Source: Blasia pusilla (lineage: Eukaryota). From it: a DNA stretch of 64,000 bases. Location: the NCBI GenBank assembly GCA_050084515.1, contig CM114271.1, positions 20,894,001 to 20,958,000 on the forward strand, read 5' to 3'. The notes under the pieces were generated by a model that was given only the letters and a program-made list of their open reading frames with translations, was not told the DNA's origin and searched no databases. A program made the position numbers and the translations under genes. Positions 41,659-56,740 of this stretch are shown here, piece after piece. The number at the start of each line of letters is the position of its first letter. Within the stretch, counting starts at the first letter, position 1.

Positions 41659-44600
41659 TCCACCCTTTGGTTGTCATTGCCGCCATTACGAAGTGGAGGG
41701 TCTTCCACGACCATCGTTGATTCTCTGACTTGCGCTGCCACCACGTACTTTGGTTTGGCCGCCACAGTCATCGCAGTTTCGTCATGAACCAGTGATGGTA
41801 GATGACCTCGGTTATGGTGTTTGAGTTTTGATTTCATGTTGCTATGTTGTGATTGGTAGCCGCTCGACAACGATCGAGTACTGTGCCGTGATGCCCGTAG
41901 CGCCCGTGGGGTCGAGATTTTCAGTTGCTGAGGCGCGACATCGACATGTGTTTAGGTTATCCATTCTGATCTTTTACCCTGCACACGTTAGAAATTTTGG
42001 GATTTGGGTAGTTTATTTGGGGATATTGGGTTGTGTGGATGCTGAGAGCATCATTTATATATGTGGTTTAGGGGACATAGACCTATGTGGGATGTTCGGA
42101 GTTGAGGGTAGGTTATCGATGAGATGATAGCCTGGTCGATTTGCCGCACCACGCCGCTTGTTGCGGCACGCTACACATCTCGGGGAGGGAGAGTGTAGAT
42201 CGAGTGCCGCATGTTTGGGATGAGTGATTGAGGATTACTCATGAGGTTGAGAGTGATCGTGTGAAAGGAGCACAAGGGCCATCACGGCTTCCTTTCAGAA
42301 TTTTGAGAGGCAAGGTAGTGGACATGAGAGTAGCTCTGGAGGGTTTACTAAGAGTGGTGCGAGGTTTCGAGGGTCTCCACGTGAGAAACCACCTCGATCT
42401 CCTTCTGTGTCGTCTTCAGACGAGGGGGAGCGTGTAGAGGAGTGTGTTAATTAGTGATCCACCATACACATTGAGTGGTCCTACCAGTTGGGCGTACGAG
42501 ATGGATGACCGGGGTAGAGGACCACGTAGGTTTTCGGGTGCTGTAGGCACCATGGAGCTACACGACTTCATTGCGGATTTTAGGAGTTGGTGTGACTCAC
42601 AACGGGCTAGGGACTCTAGAGAGTTCAACCCGTTTACAACATGGAACGGTATGTTCCAGCATTTAGAGGGCGTACCCATGGACGATTACCATGAGTTCTC
42701 CCAGAGAGATGCCCAGGAGATTGAGGCATGGCGACTCTACTATGACTCACACTATGTGTCATGGACAAAGCCATTCCCAGATGAGGAGGAGGAGTCAGGA
42801 GAGGCTACTTCCTCTTCCACTAGTGATGTTTTAGAAGGGGTCACTTGCACTGGAGCAGTTGCACTATCTAGTTGGGTTCGTCCCAGGTTCAACCTCATGG
42901 TTGAGATCTTTGCTGAGTTGAGGGCAAGCTACCAGGAGATTACGGACGGAGAGAGGCGCCCCGGTGAGAGTTTGAGTGAGGCTTACACTCGCTTGCGTCG
43001 GTTGATCAAAGTCACTCACGGGGTGACAGAGGCTCAGGCTATCCAGTCATGGTACACGATGCTGGACCGGACCCTGAGGACACGGGTGCGGGAGGGGGTG
43101 CTTCTTATGAACACCTCCCCAACGTTGAGAGGTGTTTTTAGGACCGCCGAGAATATTGAGCGCAACATGGCGGAGGAGAGCGTAGCCACCATGGGTTCTC
43201 GGGCGAGAACGATCCACGATTATCCGCACTACCTGCGGCAAAGAACGTGACTCGAGATAGGTCGACTGTGGCACCATGAGCTCAGGGAGGATACCGGGAG
43301 GCCGTGCCATAGAGACCTGCGCCTTCATATGCGGCTCAACAGAGCCGCCTACTATAACTTGTTGGTCACGTGGTGGAGCCCATCATCAGCGTGATTGCAC
43401 TCGTCAGGATCACAGACGTGTGCCTCAGCATTGAGGAGGAGATGGTGTTGCACCAGGAGGTTATCAATGGGACTATTGTGAGAGGTATGGTCATACACGC
43501 GCCATGTGTTTCATTTTACATCCTGAGTTAAGTCCGGACTAAGGGCTAGAGAGGGCACCAAAGCGAGTAGCCGGTCCAGGTGGGCCTAAAGATTGTGCAC
43601 CAGGTGGTCTCGTTGAGGGACAAGGAGATAGAGTTGCTCGACAGGGTGGTGGAGTTGCCCGTGGAGGAGGTAGAGTCCCACCACCTAGACGCGTCGAGGG
43701 AGATGCCGGGCGTAAGGCTATGATGGCTGGTCAGATACATCAGCTACAGGAACAGATTGCCGCTATGGCATTGAGATTACCTGATTTCGGATCCGTGGCA
43801 TCGACATCATATGGAGCAGCCAGAGATATGGAGGATCCTAGTTGAATATGCGGGGTTGCCTAGATGGAGGAAGCCGCAGTTGTGACGCGTGGAGCAGCCG
43901 GAGAGTTGGATCCACAACGAGGGGAAGCCAGGAAACAGACTAGGCTTCCTCAATCTTTCACGTTGTCCGAGGCGATAAGGACCCCATGGATGGGTCATGA
44001 TCAGAGTTCCTAGAGAGTTGGTGATGTTATTGGTGTGCACGCATAGAGGGCAATGGGAGAAACGAATGCGACGACTCTTATTGTTGATGCTCAAGAGGGG
44101 TATGTGTCGAGCACGTTGTTGGGGGTGGCCACCGTTGTGTACCGCACTCCTTTATTTTCTGCTTCTGATGTTATGACGTTGGGGTGTACGCCCGCCGAGG
44201 CTTTTCGACTAGCCGCTGCACTATGTGAGCATAGAGTTCCAGTTCCTGCATCACGTTCAAAGGTGATTGCAGAGGAGGTGATGGACCTGCCCTTGGAGCG
44301 GATGCTCGGGCCGTCCACGTCAGATTCATGGCAGGCTGCGCTAGGATGGGGGAGATGCCCGCTAGACCCGCGATAGAGCGTGCCATGGATTCTCCTGGTA
44401 TTGTGTTGCTGGATAACCAAGGAGCGGTCTTCTAGTTAGTGAGTCCCGTAGGTAGAGCTTTTAGTCCGCATCGCGTTTTGTTGGATTCAGGAGCGCAACC
44501 CTTGATGTTGGGGAAAGCGTCATTCAGAGGATTGGGCTTGACGAGAGCCAATATGGAGCGTTGTCCATTCCGGATACATACATCCTTGGGTGGAGCGAGT

Positions 44601-45043
44601 ACCACATAGTATATCACCCGATAGGAGGTCGTGGTGAGGATTCGCGCGGGAGATCCTACAGATGAGTCCGTGGTGCGAGCCAAGGCGATAGTGAGTGATG
44701 TAGAGTCCTACGACGTCTTGGTTGGTGGAGCAGTGTTATACCCGATGGGGTTTGCCCTGGATTAGTGGGAGCAATCAGCGTCCTACACACCAAGATGGCA
44801 CTCAGGTGATGGGCGCCTAAGCTCATTACCCGTTCGATTCACAGATGCAATGATGGAGCAACGGCCAGGAGAGATGGCTACCTTAGCAGCATTTAGCAGT
44901 GCCATCACTTGACCTAGTGATTTGATTGAGGGACATGTCCATGCAGAGGATACTCCCGTTCCTGAAATTTCTATGGAGAGGAGTGTTATGGTAGCCGCAT
45001 CATTCTGTGGGGAGAGGTGCCGCTCTGGGGCTCTTGCACTCCT

Positions 45044-45890
45044 ACGTGATGATGTTGCTAGGCGCGTCTCACTACGACATGTGGCGCAATTACGCCTACG
45101 TTTTCCCGACTTATTGTTTGCGTCCGCGGTACAGGGGTACAAGAGTTCCCTACCGAGGGATATTTCGTTGCTGGGGGCGCAGAACTTAGAGCGGGTAGGG
45201 ACCATTGATTTGGTCATTGCCGGTTGGCCATGTCACGGCCAATTGAGTGCTCGACGAGGCAGCGGGTTGGATGACACTCGGTCCAAGTTGTTTTGGGAGA
45301 TGTTGAGGATCTTACGACACTTGCAGGAGCACCTGTCTCATTCTCCAACCTACATTCTGGGGAAATGTGCCGATCTTAGGAGACTCTAGGTCACGGGTGG
45401 TGACAAGTGCTCATCAGGTGCGTGCCTAGATCGGCCCTGCAGTGTTCTTGGATGCGGCGAGTGTAGGTTCTAGAGCCCATCGCCCGCGTCTATGGTGGAG
45501 CAACTTGGTGCCCCATGCGGTGTTACGGAGGGCGTATGCGAGAGTGGAGCGCCCCTCCCATTTGGTAGTGGATTCCATTATGGATCTAGGTCGTCGATCA
45601 TAGGCAGTGAGGCAAGATGATCGACCACCGTTGACTGTGGTCAACAAGGTAGACAGGTCGCAGGAAGCCTTGCCCATGTTTGTGAGTTTACCCGCTTCCT
45701 ATGCATACAAGGAGGCCGGTCGTGGCTTGGTTTGGGATGACCAGGTTCAGTGGTTGGTGGAGCCCAACGCCGACGAGAGAGAGCAAGAAATGGGATTTCC
45801 CACAAGAGTGATGGCAGTACCGTCAGTGTCAGAGGCATCACTACGCCATGTCTTGGGTCAGGCAATGGACGTGAAGTGCTTGACATGGAT
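45044..45890 (+). pseudogene. C5 cytosine methyltransferase (DNMT3-like) domain of element A, motif I deleted
   Basis: DLVIAGWPCHG (IV), frameshifted YILENVP (VI), RAHRPRLWWSNL (VIII), EREQEMGFP (IX), RHVLGQAMD (X). Confidence 0.88.
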
Positions 45891-48800
45891 CCTCCGCTTG
45901 GGAGTGGCTGAGCAATGCCATATGATATCGCGGCAGATCATAGTGGTTGCGTTGGTGAGCCCCATGCCTACCGGGACGGTGGAGGTGGCTGGGGGCGAGA
46001 CCCGAGGAGATCTACACACCAAGGGAGATTGGGAGAGATACCCTTGGACTTCTTGGGATGTTTTGCAGGCACGCCAGGAGATGATAGCCAGAACATCGAG
46101 CGTGGTTTAGGGCACTGCACATGGAGGAGATCAAAGTTTGCAGTTGGCTGCAGGAGAGCGGCCGAGTGTTGTTGTTCGAGACAAGGTTGCACCATAGCAA
46201 CCAAAGATAACCGCACCGGAGAGTCCTACCGTAGTCACGATGGAGACTTGGGAGCCAGATATGGGTCCTAAGTTGACAGGAGGAGAGTGGCGCCGGATAC
46301 GTCAATTCCTCAGGAGTTATAGGAGCTGCTTTGCGTTTAGCATGGAGGATTTGGATATGCTGAAGGGACCGGGGATCCGCATTGAGTTGTCGAGTGATAC
46401 GCCGATCTTCCAACAACCCTACAGGTACAGTGACATGGAGAGGGCTCTGATTCAGAGTAAGAGCCAAGACTTGGTCGGAGCAGGACTAGAGGAGATGTTG
46501 CATGGGAAGTATGCATCTGCCACTGTCATGCCTGCCAAGAAGGATATGCATGGCAACTGGACGGATAGGCGGATGTGTGGGGATTATCGACCTATCAATC
46601 GTCAGACGAAGTCTGCTAGGTATGCCATGCCCACTCCTGAGGAGATCTTTGATCACACAAAGGTCTTTAGTTCATTGGATTTGCAAGCCGGATACCATCA
46701 GCTGCCTATGAGATTGGAGGACAGGCATAAGACAACGTTTTGGGGCATCGATCCTCACGGGAAGGATTGTTTGTATTAGTGGCGGTTCTTACCATTTGGT
46801 TTAAAGAATGCCCCGGATGAGTTTCACAGGGTCATGGATAGGATCTTGGCCGGTCTAGATTTTTCTAGGTGTTATATTGATGATATTGTAGTCTTTAGCG
46901 CGACGGTTGAGGAGCATGAGCGACATCTAGAGGAGGTGTTTCGACGATTCAATTACATGGGCTGAAGCTACATCCAGGCAAGTGGAAGTTCTTCTACGAC
47001 CAGATTGAGTACTTGGGTCATATGATATACCCAGGGGGCCTTGGTGTTCAACAGACGAAGGTAGAGGCTATCTCACGCATTCCACGCCCTACAGATGTGA
47101 GCCTTGTTCGTGCATTCATGGGATTGGCGAACTTCTATCGGCGATACGTTAAGGGATTCAGTTCGATGGCGAAGCCGCTTACCTTGCTGACCAAGGTGGA
47201 TCATGAGTGGCACTGGGAGGATGAGCAAAAGCAAGCATTTCAGTTGCTTAAGGAGAAGTTGACGTCCGCGCCCATCTTGAGGAGACCGATCAGGGGGCGT
47301 CCTTTCCAATTGCACACAGATTGGAGCATGTTGGGGCTTGGAGCGGTGCTCATCCAACATGATGATGAGGGTAGAGAGTTTGTGGTGGCTTACGCTAGCC
47401 GCTCTAACAATGCTGCAGAGGCGAAGTACAACTCGTATGAGGGTGAGTGCTTGGTTGCGATGTGGGATGTCGTGCATTTCAGGTGTTACTTATTCGACAA
47501 CCCCTTTACCATCATCACATTGTTGAAGGAGTATGATTTTCAGGTGGTACATAGACCCGAGACGTTCAACCAGGATGCAGATGGGTTGAGTTGTAACCCA
47601 TGCGCGAGTCAGCGAGATGCGTCTGGAGCTCAATGGCATGGAGAGAGTGATGAGGAGTCAGTGCCAGGATGTCATGCGTCAGCCTATTTAGGCATGTTGG
47701 CTATGGAGAGCCAGAGTGTGGAGACTTCGATGGCAAGGTCTAGTGGAGAGTCCTTGGATCCCGAGGGAGTGAGGAGACGACGGGTGGTCGAGATATTCAT
47801 GATGATGGAGTAGTCTTGGAGTACCTTCGTATTGGAAGCGTTGCGAGCACCGTGGATGCTAGAGAGCAAGATCGGATCCTATAGCAGGCCATATGGTTGT
47901 CATGACCATACGTATTATGTCGTAGAGTATAGTGTGCTAGTAGATGCAGTACCTTATGTAGGGCCATAGTGTCTAGGTAGAGATGCGGTTTCATACATAG
48001 GGTTGGGGGTTACTCTATTGAGGGTTTGGCTCGGTTGTATGTGATTCTATACGTGTTTTATGACAGTAGGTCTTTCACAAATTTCACTTAAAAAATTAAC
48101 GTTGATTGATGGTAGCTTTGATCGTGGTTCAGTAGGATCTGGTTTGGGCTGTTTGTGTACTCAACCGTGGATGTTCGTGGTTTTTGGCCTATATTCGAGG
48201 TGGGAATGTGGTACATGGTTGGTTGGGAAAGAAGCGCCTTGCTAAGAGCTTTCCAACGCGCTTTAGATTGCCGGATTTTGTCAAGGGAGTTAGAAGTTAT
48301 CAAGGATTGAAGATTCTGGTTCGTGTTCGACGGTTCTCTGATGTGGAGAGCTTGGAGTGTGGAAGCTCTGTTGAAGTTCATCCAGATCGGGTGAGAGATT
48401 CTTGTTGCTACCTGTTTTGTGATCTCATGTGAAGCTTTTTGCTTGAGTGTGTGGAGCATTGTGGATTTCGGTGTGCATGAATATGGGCGGAGCGCTCTCG
48501 GATTTGCGATTCTAGAGGTGTATGGACAACAAGTTTGTCTAATTTTTAGCTCAGAGTACAAGGCTCGGTTGTAGTTGATATTTCGTGGAGAGATAGCTAT
48601 GGTGGCCAATTGAATTCTGGTTGAAACAAATTCAATTTTGGTTGAGGATTTTTGGAGTAATTGCTGATCGAAATTTTGCAGACTAGCTCAAGGTCTATGG
48701 TGGACAACAGATCGGAGGGGCTGGTCCGTTGGTGACTCATCCGTTGTTGGAGACACCTATCCCGTTGGGGGCGCCCTGGTTGGGCCTCTCTCCATAATGA

Positions 48801-51800
48801 AGCATGGCGAAGCGTGGCAAACGGGGCATGTCTCGAGCATTTCTCGGCGTTTTGAGGCTTTGAGGCAACTCGTGGTAGCTCGGGGCGAGTGGGCGTGAGA
48901 GGTGGAGTAAGGAGCAAGCAAGAAAGCTTGCTTGCTTGGGCGTGAGGCAGTTTTTGCAGGATTTGTGAGTTGAGTGTTGCATAACTGGTCACCCATCTTT
49001 GGGCTATTCTGCGTGGAGGACGCTTAACTGTTGAGTTTTTAACTATGCCAGTGTACACAGTGGTGTAGCTCATTTGGTGCTATTCGGAGATGTGTTAGGC
49101 GCTTTATGCATCTTGGGTTTTTGGTTGCTGGACCTCTAGCGCATGGTACGGTGTAGCCTCTCCATGCAAGTGATATTTTCAGGTGCTAAGAGTGCAACTA
49201 GCACGTCATCGACCAGCGACGGAGTAGCTATTGCGTTAAATTGTGTGGTGGGTTCTGTGGATTCAGGAGGCGCCACGTTTGGTGGATTATGTTACCTTGA
49301 TTTCCATTTGCGATTGGAGGGTTCTTGTTGGACTTCCTGTGTTTGGATCCCCTCCATCATTGCTTCTTGCTTGCGCGCCCATTGTTAGGGTTGACGCTGA
49401 TTTCGAGATTAGTTTTACTCCTGTGTCCTACCGGTAGTGAGGCTCGAGTGATGACCAGTAGACCGTGGGAGGCTTCTTGTGGTGATGACAGGTTAGGTTA
49501 CCTACACCCATAGCTAGTAGAGATAGAATAGTATAGCGAAATTGACGTCAGTTGGTTGCTTAGTGGTGGTGATTTGGTGGTGGTGCGGCATCGGCGTTGG
49601 TCATCACAGAGAAGTCTGGTGGTCTGGTTGGGGACCGTGGTGCGGACACTGGTGGTTTTACACGGAGTGGATTGAGGTATCGACTACCTTTTCCACTTCC
49701 GACGGTTGATGAAGAGGAGGACGGGGGTGTTCCAAACACTCTGTCTTCTACGTTGTTATCGAGTTTTGCAGCTCCATTCATTGAGTTGGAGGACTTTATT
49801 TGATACGTGGTGTGATATGCAGATGTTGCGGAACGCCACATTGTTTACACCTTCTTGGCTTGGAAGGGGTTGTTTCAGCACTTGGAGGGACCGCCCATGG
49901 ATGATTACCATGAGTTTAGGAGGGACCATGCTGCTAAGATTGAGGCGTGGAGACAATATTGGTCTCCAGGCTATGTGTCTATCATCGATGGTGGTAGTGG
50001 TAGTAGAGCTCTTACTGTGTCAGCCAGCATGATATTGAGTGGTGCGAGTACAAGCCAGAGTGGGATTACCAGTGGAGGTACCCATGGAGGTACTAGTGGA
50101 GGTACTAGTGGCCCACCATCATTCAGCCCGATTGCAGAATTCTTCAAGAGGTTGAGGAAGAACTATCAGGGAGTGAAGATAGAGAAATTGAGGAGTCTTC
50201 AGGAATTTGAGCGAAAGACTGGTGAGAGTCTTCATGAGGCATACACTCGTATGTGATGCTTGATTTCACTTACCCAGGGTGTGACTGAGGCTTAGGCAGT
50301 CCAGTTTTGATATGGGATCTTGGACAGAGAGTTGCACCACAGGGTACGTGATGGTACTGTTATGAGTGATGATTCATCCACATTGGTCCATGTGTTTGCT
50401 CTATCTGAGAAGATTAAGCTTAACATGGTGGAGGAGAGAGTGGTGAAATCCGGATTCAGTAGGGATACAACTACTACTTCTCGTGTTGAGCAGTCCATCT
50501 CACAGTCTCGTAGTAGTGGTGGTGGTAGTAGTAGTGGGAGTCGTGGGGGGTACTCATGACCTCAGTCAGGTCCTAGAGGGACACTTGCGCAGAGACCATT
50601 TCCTTCATTTACTGCCCCGTAGCAAGGACAATCATGTTGGACATGTGGAGGTGATCATGTCAGGAGGTTTTATCCCCAAGAGGATGGGAGACGGACTTTG
50701 GAGGATGAGCCTCAGTCGGCCCCAACTCAGTGTGATCATTGCGGGAGACCAGGTCATCCTCGAGAGCGTTGCTTTGATCTTCATCCTGAGTTGAGATCAG
50801 GCCGCGGACCGTGGTGGAGTAGCTCCAAGAGGCCGAGGTGGTAGGGGTGGTAGAGGTGGACCAGCGGTTGGAGAGCCTACAATGGCTATCCCTACCACTA
50901 CAACAGAGTCAACTATGGCTGCCAGGATTGAGCAGTTGGAGGTGACGTTGGCTACTATGGCTGGTATCCAGCATAGAGCAGGTTTGGGAGCAGGGGCTTC
51001 TACCTCTTATGGAGGGGATGATCTCTCTTATATTGCGAGTGCAACACAGGTTGAGGCATCAGCTGCAGTTACGAGAGGAGCCACGTGGTGCTACTGTGGA
51101 GTTGGACCCACAGAGGGGTGAGGCTGGGAGGCAGGCTAGGCTTCCCCAGTCATTCTTGTTGTCTGAGGTGCTTAGGACTCCATCCATGGTTCCCTCGACC
51201 TATTGAACCTATTGAGCCTCCCAAAGGAAGATTAGTGATTCCCAAAGAGAGAAAGAGGCATCTACATTGTGTGTAGTAGACATGGATGTGCAGTATTGCG
51301 GATGGCAACTTCAGTGTTGGGATCCCCATTGTTTTCAGCCACTAAGTTGATGGCCTTAGGAGTTGACTTAGCTCCTGTATTTCAGCTAGCACTCACGTTG
51401 TGTGAACGTGGGAGTGTTGCTGGTACACGTGCTGAGGTGGATGAGGGTGTTGTGATGGAGCGACCCTCTATATCAGGTGTAGCATTGAGTACCAGTGCTA
51501 CTTGGCAAGCAGCAGCCGCGAAGATTGATGCATTACCAGCCCGGCCAGCCATTGATCGTGAGAGGCTTACACTTGGTGTATGTATGTTGGACAACCGCAG
51601 TGGGATATTCCGATTGGTGAGTCCTACAGGACAGGTATATAGACGAGATAGAGTCTTGTTAGACTCTGGTGCCCAACCTTTGATGTTGGGAAAGGTGGCA
51701 AGTATTGGTTTGGGTATTCGGAGGTCAGAGCTTGAGCCTTGCCCATTCTAGATTCAAACATCACTTGGAGGAGCCAATGATAGGTCTCAATTCATGACAC

Positions 51801-52382
51801 GGGAGAAGTTGTCTGTAGAGTTGAGACCAGATCATGCGACTAATAGCTCCCAGTTGGGAGTACATGCAGTGGTCACATCAACTGAGTCGTATGATATACT
51901 AGTTGGAGGAGTAGTATTGTACCCGATGGGTTTTCAGATGGACTACTGGATTGAGACAACGTCTTATAGACCTGGTTGGCAGTCCGGGGATGGACGTTCC
52001 TATGAGATTTATTTATGGGGCTCGACTAGGAGGGTCTTCCCCAACAGTGTTAGCATCTGTGGCTGGTTTTAGTGGAGTAGTCACTTGGCCAGGAGACTTT
52101 TTGGAGGGTAATCTTTTTGCTATGGATTCTCCTGTGCATAAGGAGGTAGAGGAGGTCCCTAGTTTTGCAGCAGTGGCATCCTCATCGTTGGATGTGCCAC
52201 TTTGGAGTTCACGCGGTGCATTACGGCAGGAGGCTGATCGCCTAGTGCAGGAGGCTTGGTGTGAGGCTTTTATACCTCACGAGGAAGAGGAGGCCCCACG
52301 GCGGACTCCTACTTCTGGTCCAGTTGGGTTATCCGGATCCCCTTTGGATACTACACTCATTGTATGGCAGTATCCGCCAGAG

Positions 52383-53325
52383 GGCATTTGTGTGTTAGAT
52401 CTCTTTGGTGGGTTTAGCATTGGTTTGGCTGAAGTGTTGCAAGCCGGTATTCCTATGCGGAGATACGTGTATGTGGAGCGAGATGAGACGACCCAGAGAG
52501 TCTCATCCCGACATATTGGTCAGTTGATGCGGAGATATCCTAAGTTGTTGCGGCCATCAACTATTCGTGGGTACCAGCGTGCTTTGCCGTCACACATTGC
52601 ATTGTTGGGGGCGCAGGAGCTTGAGAGGGTTGGTCCTGTGGATTTGGTGATTGCTAGATGGCCATGTCAGGGTCATACACGTGCTGGTCGTGGTGAGGGA
52701 TTACACAACCCTAGGTCTCGATTGTTTTGGGAGATGTTACGGGTGTTACGACATCTTCAGGTTCATCAAGCACGTGCTCCAGCTTACATTCTGGAGAATG
52801 TTCCATTGTTGGATGACACTCGGATCCAGATGATGGCGAGTGTTCATGAGGTGTGGTCTTGGATTGGACCAGCGGTGTTGTTGGATGCAGCGCGAGTTGG
52901 CTCGCGTGCACATCATCCACGCTTGTGGTGGACAAACTTGTTGCCTAGGGAGGTTCTACGTCAAGCATATGATGCAGTGCAGCGGGATCCTTGCCTTGCA
53001 GCGGATAGTATCTTGGATACTTGGCAACTTTCTCAAGTGGTGAGGGTTATTGATCGGTCACCCATGGCAGTGGTGAATCGTGTGGGCCAGCCTAGGATGG
53101 CACTACCCACATTTGTGAGTTTTCCCTCGTCACATGCCTACAGGAAAGGTGGTCCCGGTCTTGTATGGGATTCTCATGTGCGACAGTTGGTGGATCCTAA
53201 CGCTGATGAGAGAGAGAGAGCGTGTGATGGGATTTGCTACTGGTGTGATAGCGGTTGCTTCCATTTCAGAGGCTTCACGACGTCATGTGTTGGGTCAGGC
53301 CATGGACCTGAATTGTTTGACCTAG
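52383..53325 (+). pseudogene. C5 cytosine methyltransferase (DNMT3-like) domain of element B
   Basis: Motifs in canonical order: VLDLFGG (I), YVERD (II), DLVIARWPCQG (IV, catalytic Cys), YILENVP (VI), RAHHPRLWWTNL (VIII), ERERVMGF (IX, after a frameshift in a GA run), RRHVLGQAMD (X). Confidence 0.93.
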
Positions 53326-56300
53326 ATTATGAGTCTTGGTATGGCCGAGCAGTGTCGACTTCCGACTATGTCGATGGGTCTTCCACCCCTTGTGATGAGC
53401 TCGATGGCTATCGGGACGGTAGAGACATCGGCTGGGGGCAAGGAGAATAGTATTTTGCATCCTTGGAGTAAATGGGATGTAATGGCTAGGCATGTGGAGT
53501 TGGTTGCTCATGCTGGTGGAGAAGTTTTTTGCTCAGATGATGGTGTAGCTAAGGGTGTACCATCTTGTGAGGGGGTTGCATAGCAGCCAATGGTGTCATC
53601 CTCTCCCTCTAGTGTGCGAGTGGAGGAGACTTGGGAGCCATTACTTGGGCCCAAGCTTACGGGAGGTGAGAAACGACGCTTGACACAATTCCTACGTGCT
53701 TATAGGAGTTGTTTTGCCTTTAGCATGAAGAAGTTGGGTGCTTTGGTTGGACCCGGTATACGGATTGATTTGGCTAGTGATTCGCCAATCTTCCGTCGTC
53801 CCTACCGATATAGTGATATGGAGAGGGACCTGATTCAGAGTAGGACGTTGGACCTTTTGGAGGCTAGATTAGTGGAGTTGTCGCATGGAGAGTATGCATC
53901 AGCCACTGTCATGCTTGCTAAAAAGGATATGCATGGCAACTACACGGATATGCGGATGTGTGGAGATTAGCATCCTATCAATCGATAGACCAAGGCCAAT
54001 AGGTATGCCATGCCTACACCTGAGGAGATCTTTGATGTGGTGGGATAGGCAAAGATTTTCAGTACTTTGGATCTTTGGGCAGGATACCATCAGTTGACGA
54101 TTCGAGAGATTGACAAGGCCAAGACAACATTTTGGGGTGTCAACTCTCATGGCAAGGATTGTTTGTACCAGTGGAAATTATTACTCTTAGGGTTGAAGAA
54201 TGCACCTGCCGAGTTTCAGAGAGTGATGGACAGGATCCTAGCATGGTTGGATTTTGATCGGTGTTACATTGATGATATCTTGGTGTTCAGTAACACGGTG
54301 GAGGAGCATCAGATACATTTGGAGATTGTGTTTGAGCCGTTGAAAGCTCGTGGTCTACGTTTGCATCTAGGAAAGTGTAAGTTCTTCCATGAGGATGTTG
54401 AGTACTTGGGTCATAGGATCTATCCAGGTGGTTTGGAAGTTCAGCAAGCAAAGGTGGAGGCTATTGCACTTATTCCTCGTCCGATAGATGTGAGTAGAGT
54501 TCGCGCATTCATGGGATTGGCGAACTACTATCGGAGGTATGTGAAGGGATTTAGTGCTATGGAAAAGCCTTTTTACCAATTGTTGAAATCAGATCAGGAG
54601 TGGCATTGGGGAGATGATCAAGAGAGAGCTTCTGTGGAGCTGAAGGCCCAGTTGGTGGCGGCGCCTATCTTAAGGAGACCTATCAGAGGGCGCCCATTTC
54701 AGTTACATATTGATTAGAGTAGGTTGGGACTTGGAGCGGTGTTGACACAACATGATGATGAGCACATGGAATTTGTGGTGGCCTATGCTAGTCGTTCGAA
54801 TAAAGCAGCGGAGTCTCGCTATAGTTCATATGAGGGAGAGTGCTTGGCAAGAGTAGTGTGGGCTGTGGCACACTTTAGGTGTTACTTGTTTGGCACACAC
54901 TTTATCCTTGTTATTGATCACCAGCCGCTCAAGTGGTTGATGGAGTCTGACAAGCTTACATGGAAGCTTGCATGGTGGGCTCTTCTCTTACAGGAGTATG
55001 ACTTCCAGGTGGTACATAGACCTGGAGTTGCCAACCTTGATGCTGATGGGTTGAGTAGGAACCCATGTACTAGCCAAGAGGATGCAACTGGGGCTAGATG
55101 GCATGGCGAGGTTGATGAGGAGACGGTGCCAGGTTGGCATGCATCTGCCTTTTTATGTTGGTTAGGGGTGGACTCTAGTATGGAGGACCACATGACATCT
55201 TACTCTAGTCAGAGGGTAGATGGCCAGTCTTCAGATCCTAAGGTTGGAGATGGTGGTACGGATCAACGTGATATTCATGATGATGCGTTGGTGTTGGAGT
55301 TCTACGGACTAGTAGGGTGCCACGCATAGTGAGTGCCAAGGAGCAAGACCGTGTTCTTCAACGTGCTAAGAGGTATCCATTGGAGGGAACACATATTCTC
55401 CGTATGTGGGAGGATGGTAGAGTACGAGTAGTGCCGCATTTGGCTCAGAGAGAGCGCATTGTGCGACATGCCCATGAGGAGTTGGGAAATTTTGGGGTAA
55501 AGTGTACGTATAGCTTACTCCTTGGTCACTATTGGTGGCGTGGCATGCATACTCAGGTGCAGCAGTTGGTGTCATGTTGTTTGGTTTGTGACCGGGTGAG
55601 GGCATCATTCAATGCCCCTATACCACAGTTACATCCCTTTCCTATTATGGGGTTGGGTTACCGTTGGAGTGTGGACTTTGTGGACCGTTACCGTTGATTG
55701 TACGATATCATTGATATGTGTTGGTGATGGTGGAGCACTTCTCCAAGTGGATTGAGTTGGGGGCATTACCTGACAAGGCAAGTGAGGGAAGGGCATATGT
55801 ATTTCTTGATAGAGTGCTTAGTCATTTTGGTGCACCACCTGAGATGTTGACCGATGAGGGTATAGAGTTTCAGGGTGAGTTTCAGTTCTTGTGTGACAAG
55901 GTGTTGATTGGTCATCGGACCACGTCTCGAGATCATCCAGAGGCGGATGGTTTGGCTGAGCGTGTGGTTCAGACGGTGAAGAGGGCATTGTGCAAGTATG
56001 GCCTAAAGAAGGGGCATCTTGGAGACTGGGATATTCAGTTGCCATGGTTATCCATGGGGTATAGGTTCAGTTGTCATGGTTAGCCATGGGATATAGGTTT
56101 AGTCGCCAAGCATCCTTGGCTTCCTTCTCACCTTATTTTCTGTTATACGGCCGAGATCCAAACTTGCAAGCAGCAATTTGTTAGGAGTCCTATAAGGTGG
56201 TGAACCTTGAAGACCCAAAGATGTGGATGAGAGTGTGTTTTCAGCGGGCAGAGCTCTTTCGGAGAGTTATGCCAACAGCCTTTGAGAATCTTGCCATTGC

Positions 56301-56599
56301 TCAACACAGGGATACGTTGCGGTATGCAACCATTCAGGGTGGAGGTTATTGACCATCGATTTGTAGGTTCCATGTGGGGGACTATATCTATTTGCAGCAT
56401 ATTGCACTCACAACGTTGGATGTGATGGCAAGCCGCACTATTTTACGAGTACGCGAGGTGTTAGCTTCTGGAGTTCTCATGTTGGAGGGTCGTGATGGAG
56501 TTGTTTGGAAGAACCATGTGCGTAATTGTGCGCGATGTCATCTTCCAAATGTGGATGGTATTGTTGACCCAAGCTTAACCATGATACGTGCTAGTTTGA

Positions 56600-56740
56600 G
56601 GTGTATGTTGTGTGGGTCTGCTAGTAACACAACTCGTATGTTGGTGTGTGATTGGTGTTCTAGGGGTTGGCACATGATGTGTTTGACTCCACGTATGGAT
56701 GTTGTTCCTACTGGAAGGGGGATTTTTCCTCGATGTTCTT
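56600..56740 (+). other. PHD finger at the integrase C-terminus of element B
   Basis: CMLC...MLVCDWCSRGWHMMCLTP..VPTG..F PRC: C4HC3 pattern with one Cys decayed to F. Confidence 0.85.

Noticed and set aside
52383-53325. Alternative reading: bacterial restriction-modification MTase contamination or a host DNMT3/DRM gene
   Set aside because: Intronless, embedded between Gypsy protease and RT in three separate elements, and decayed together with them.
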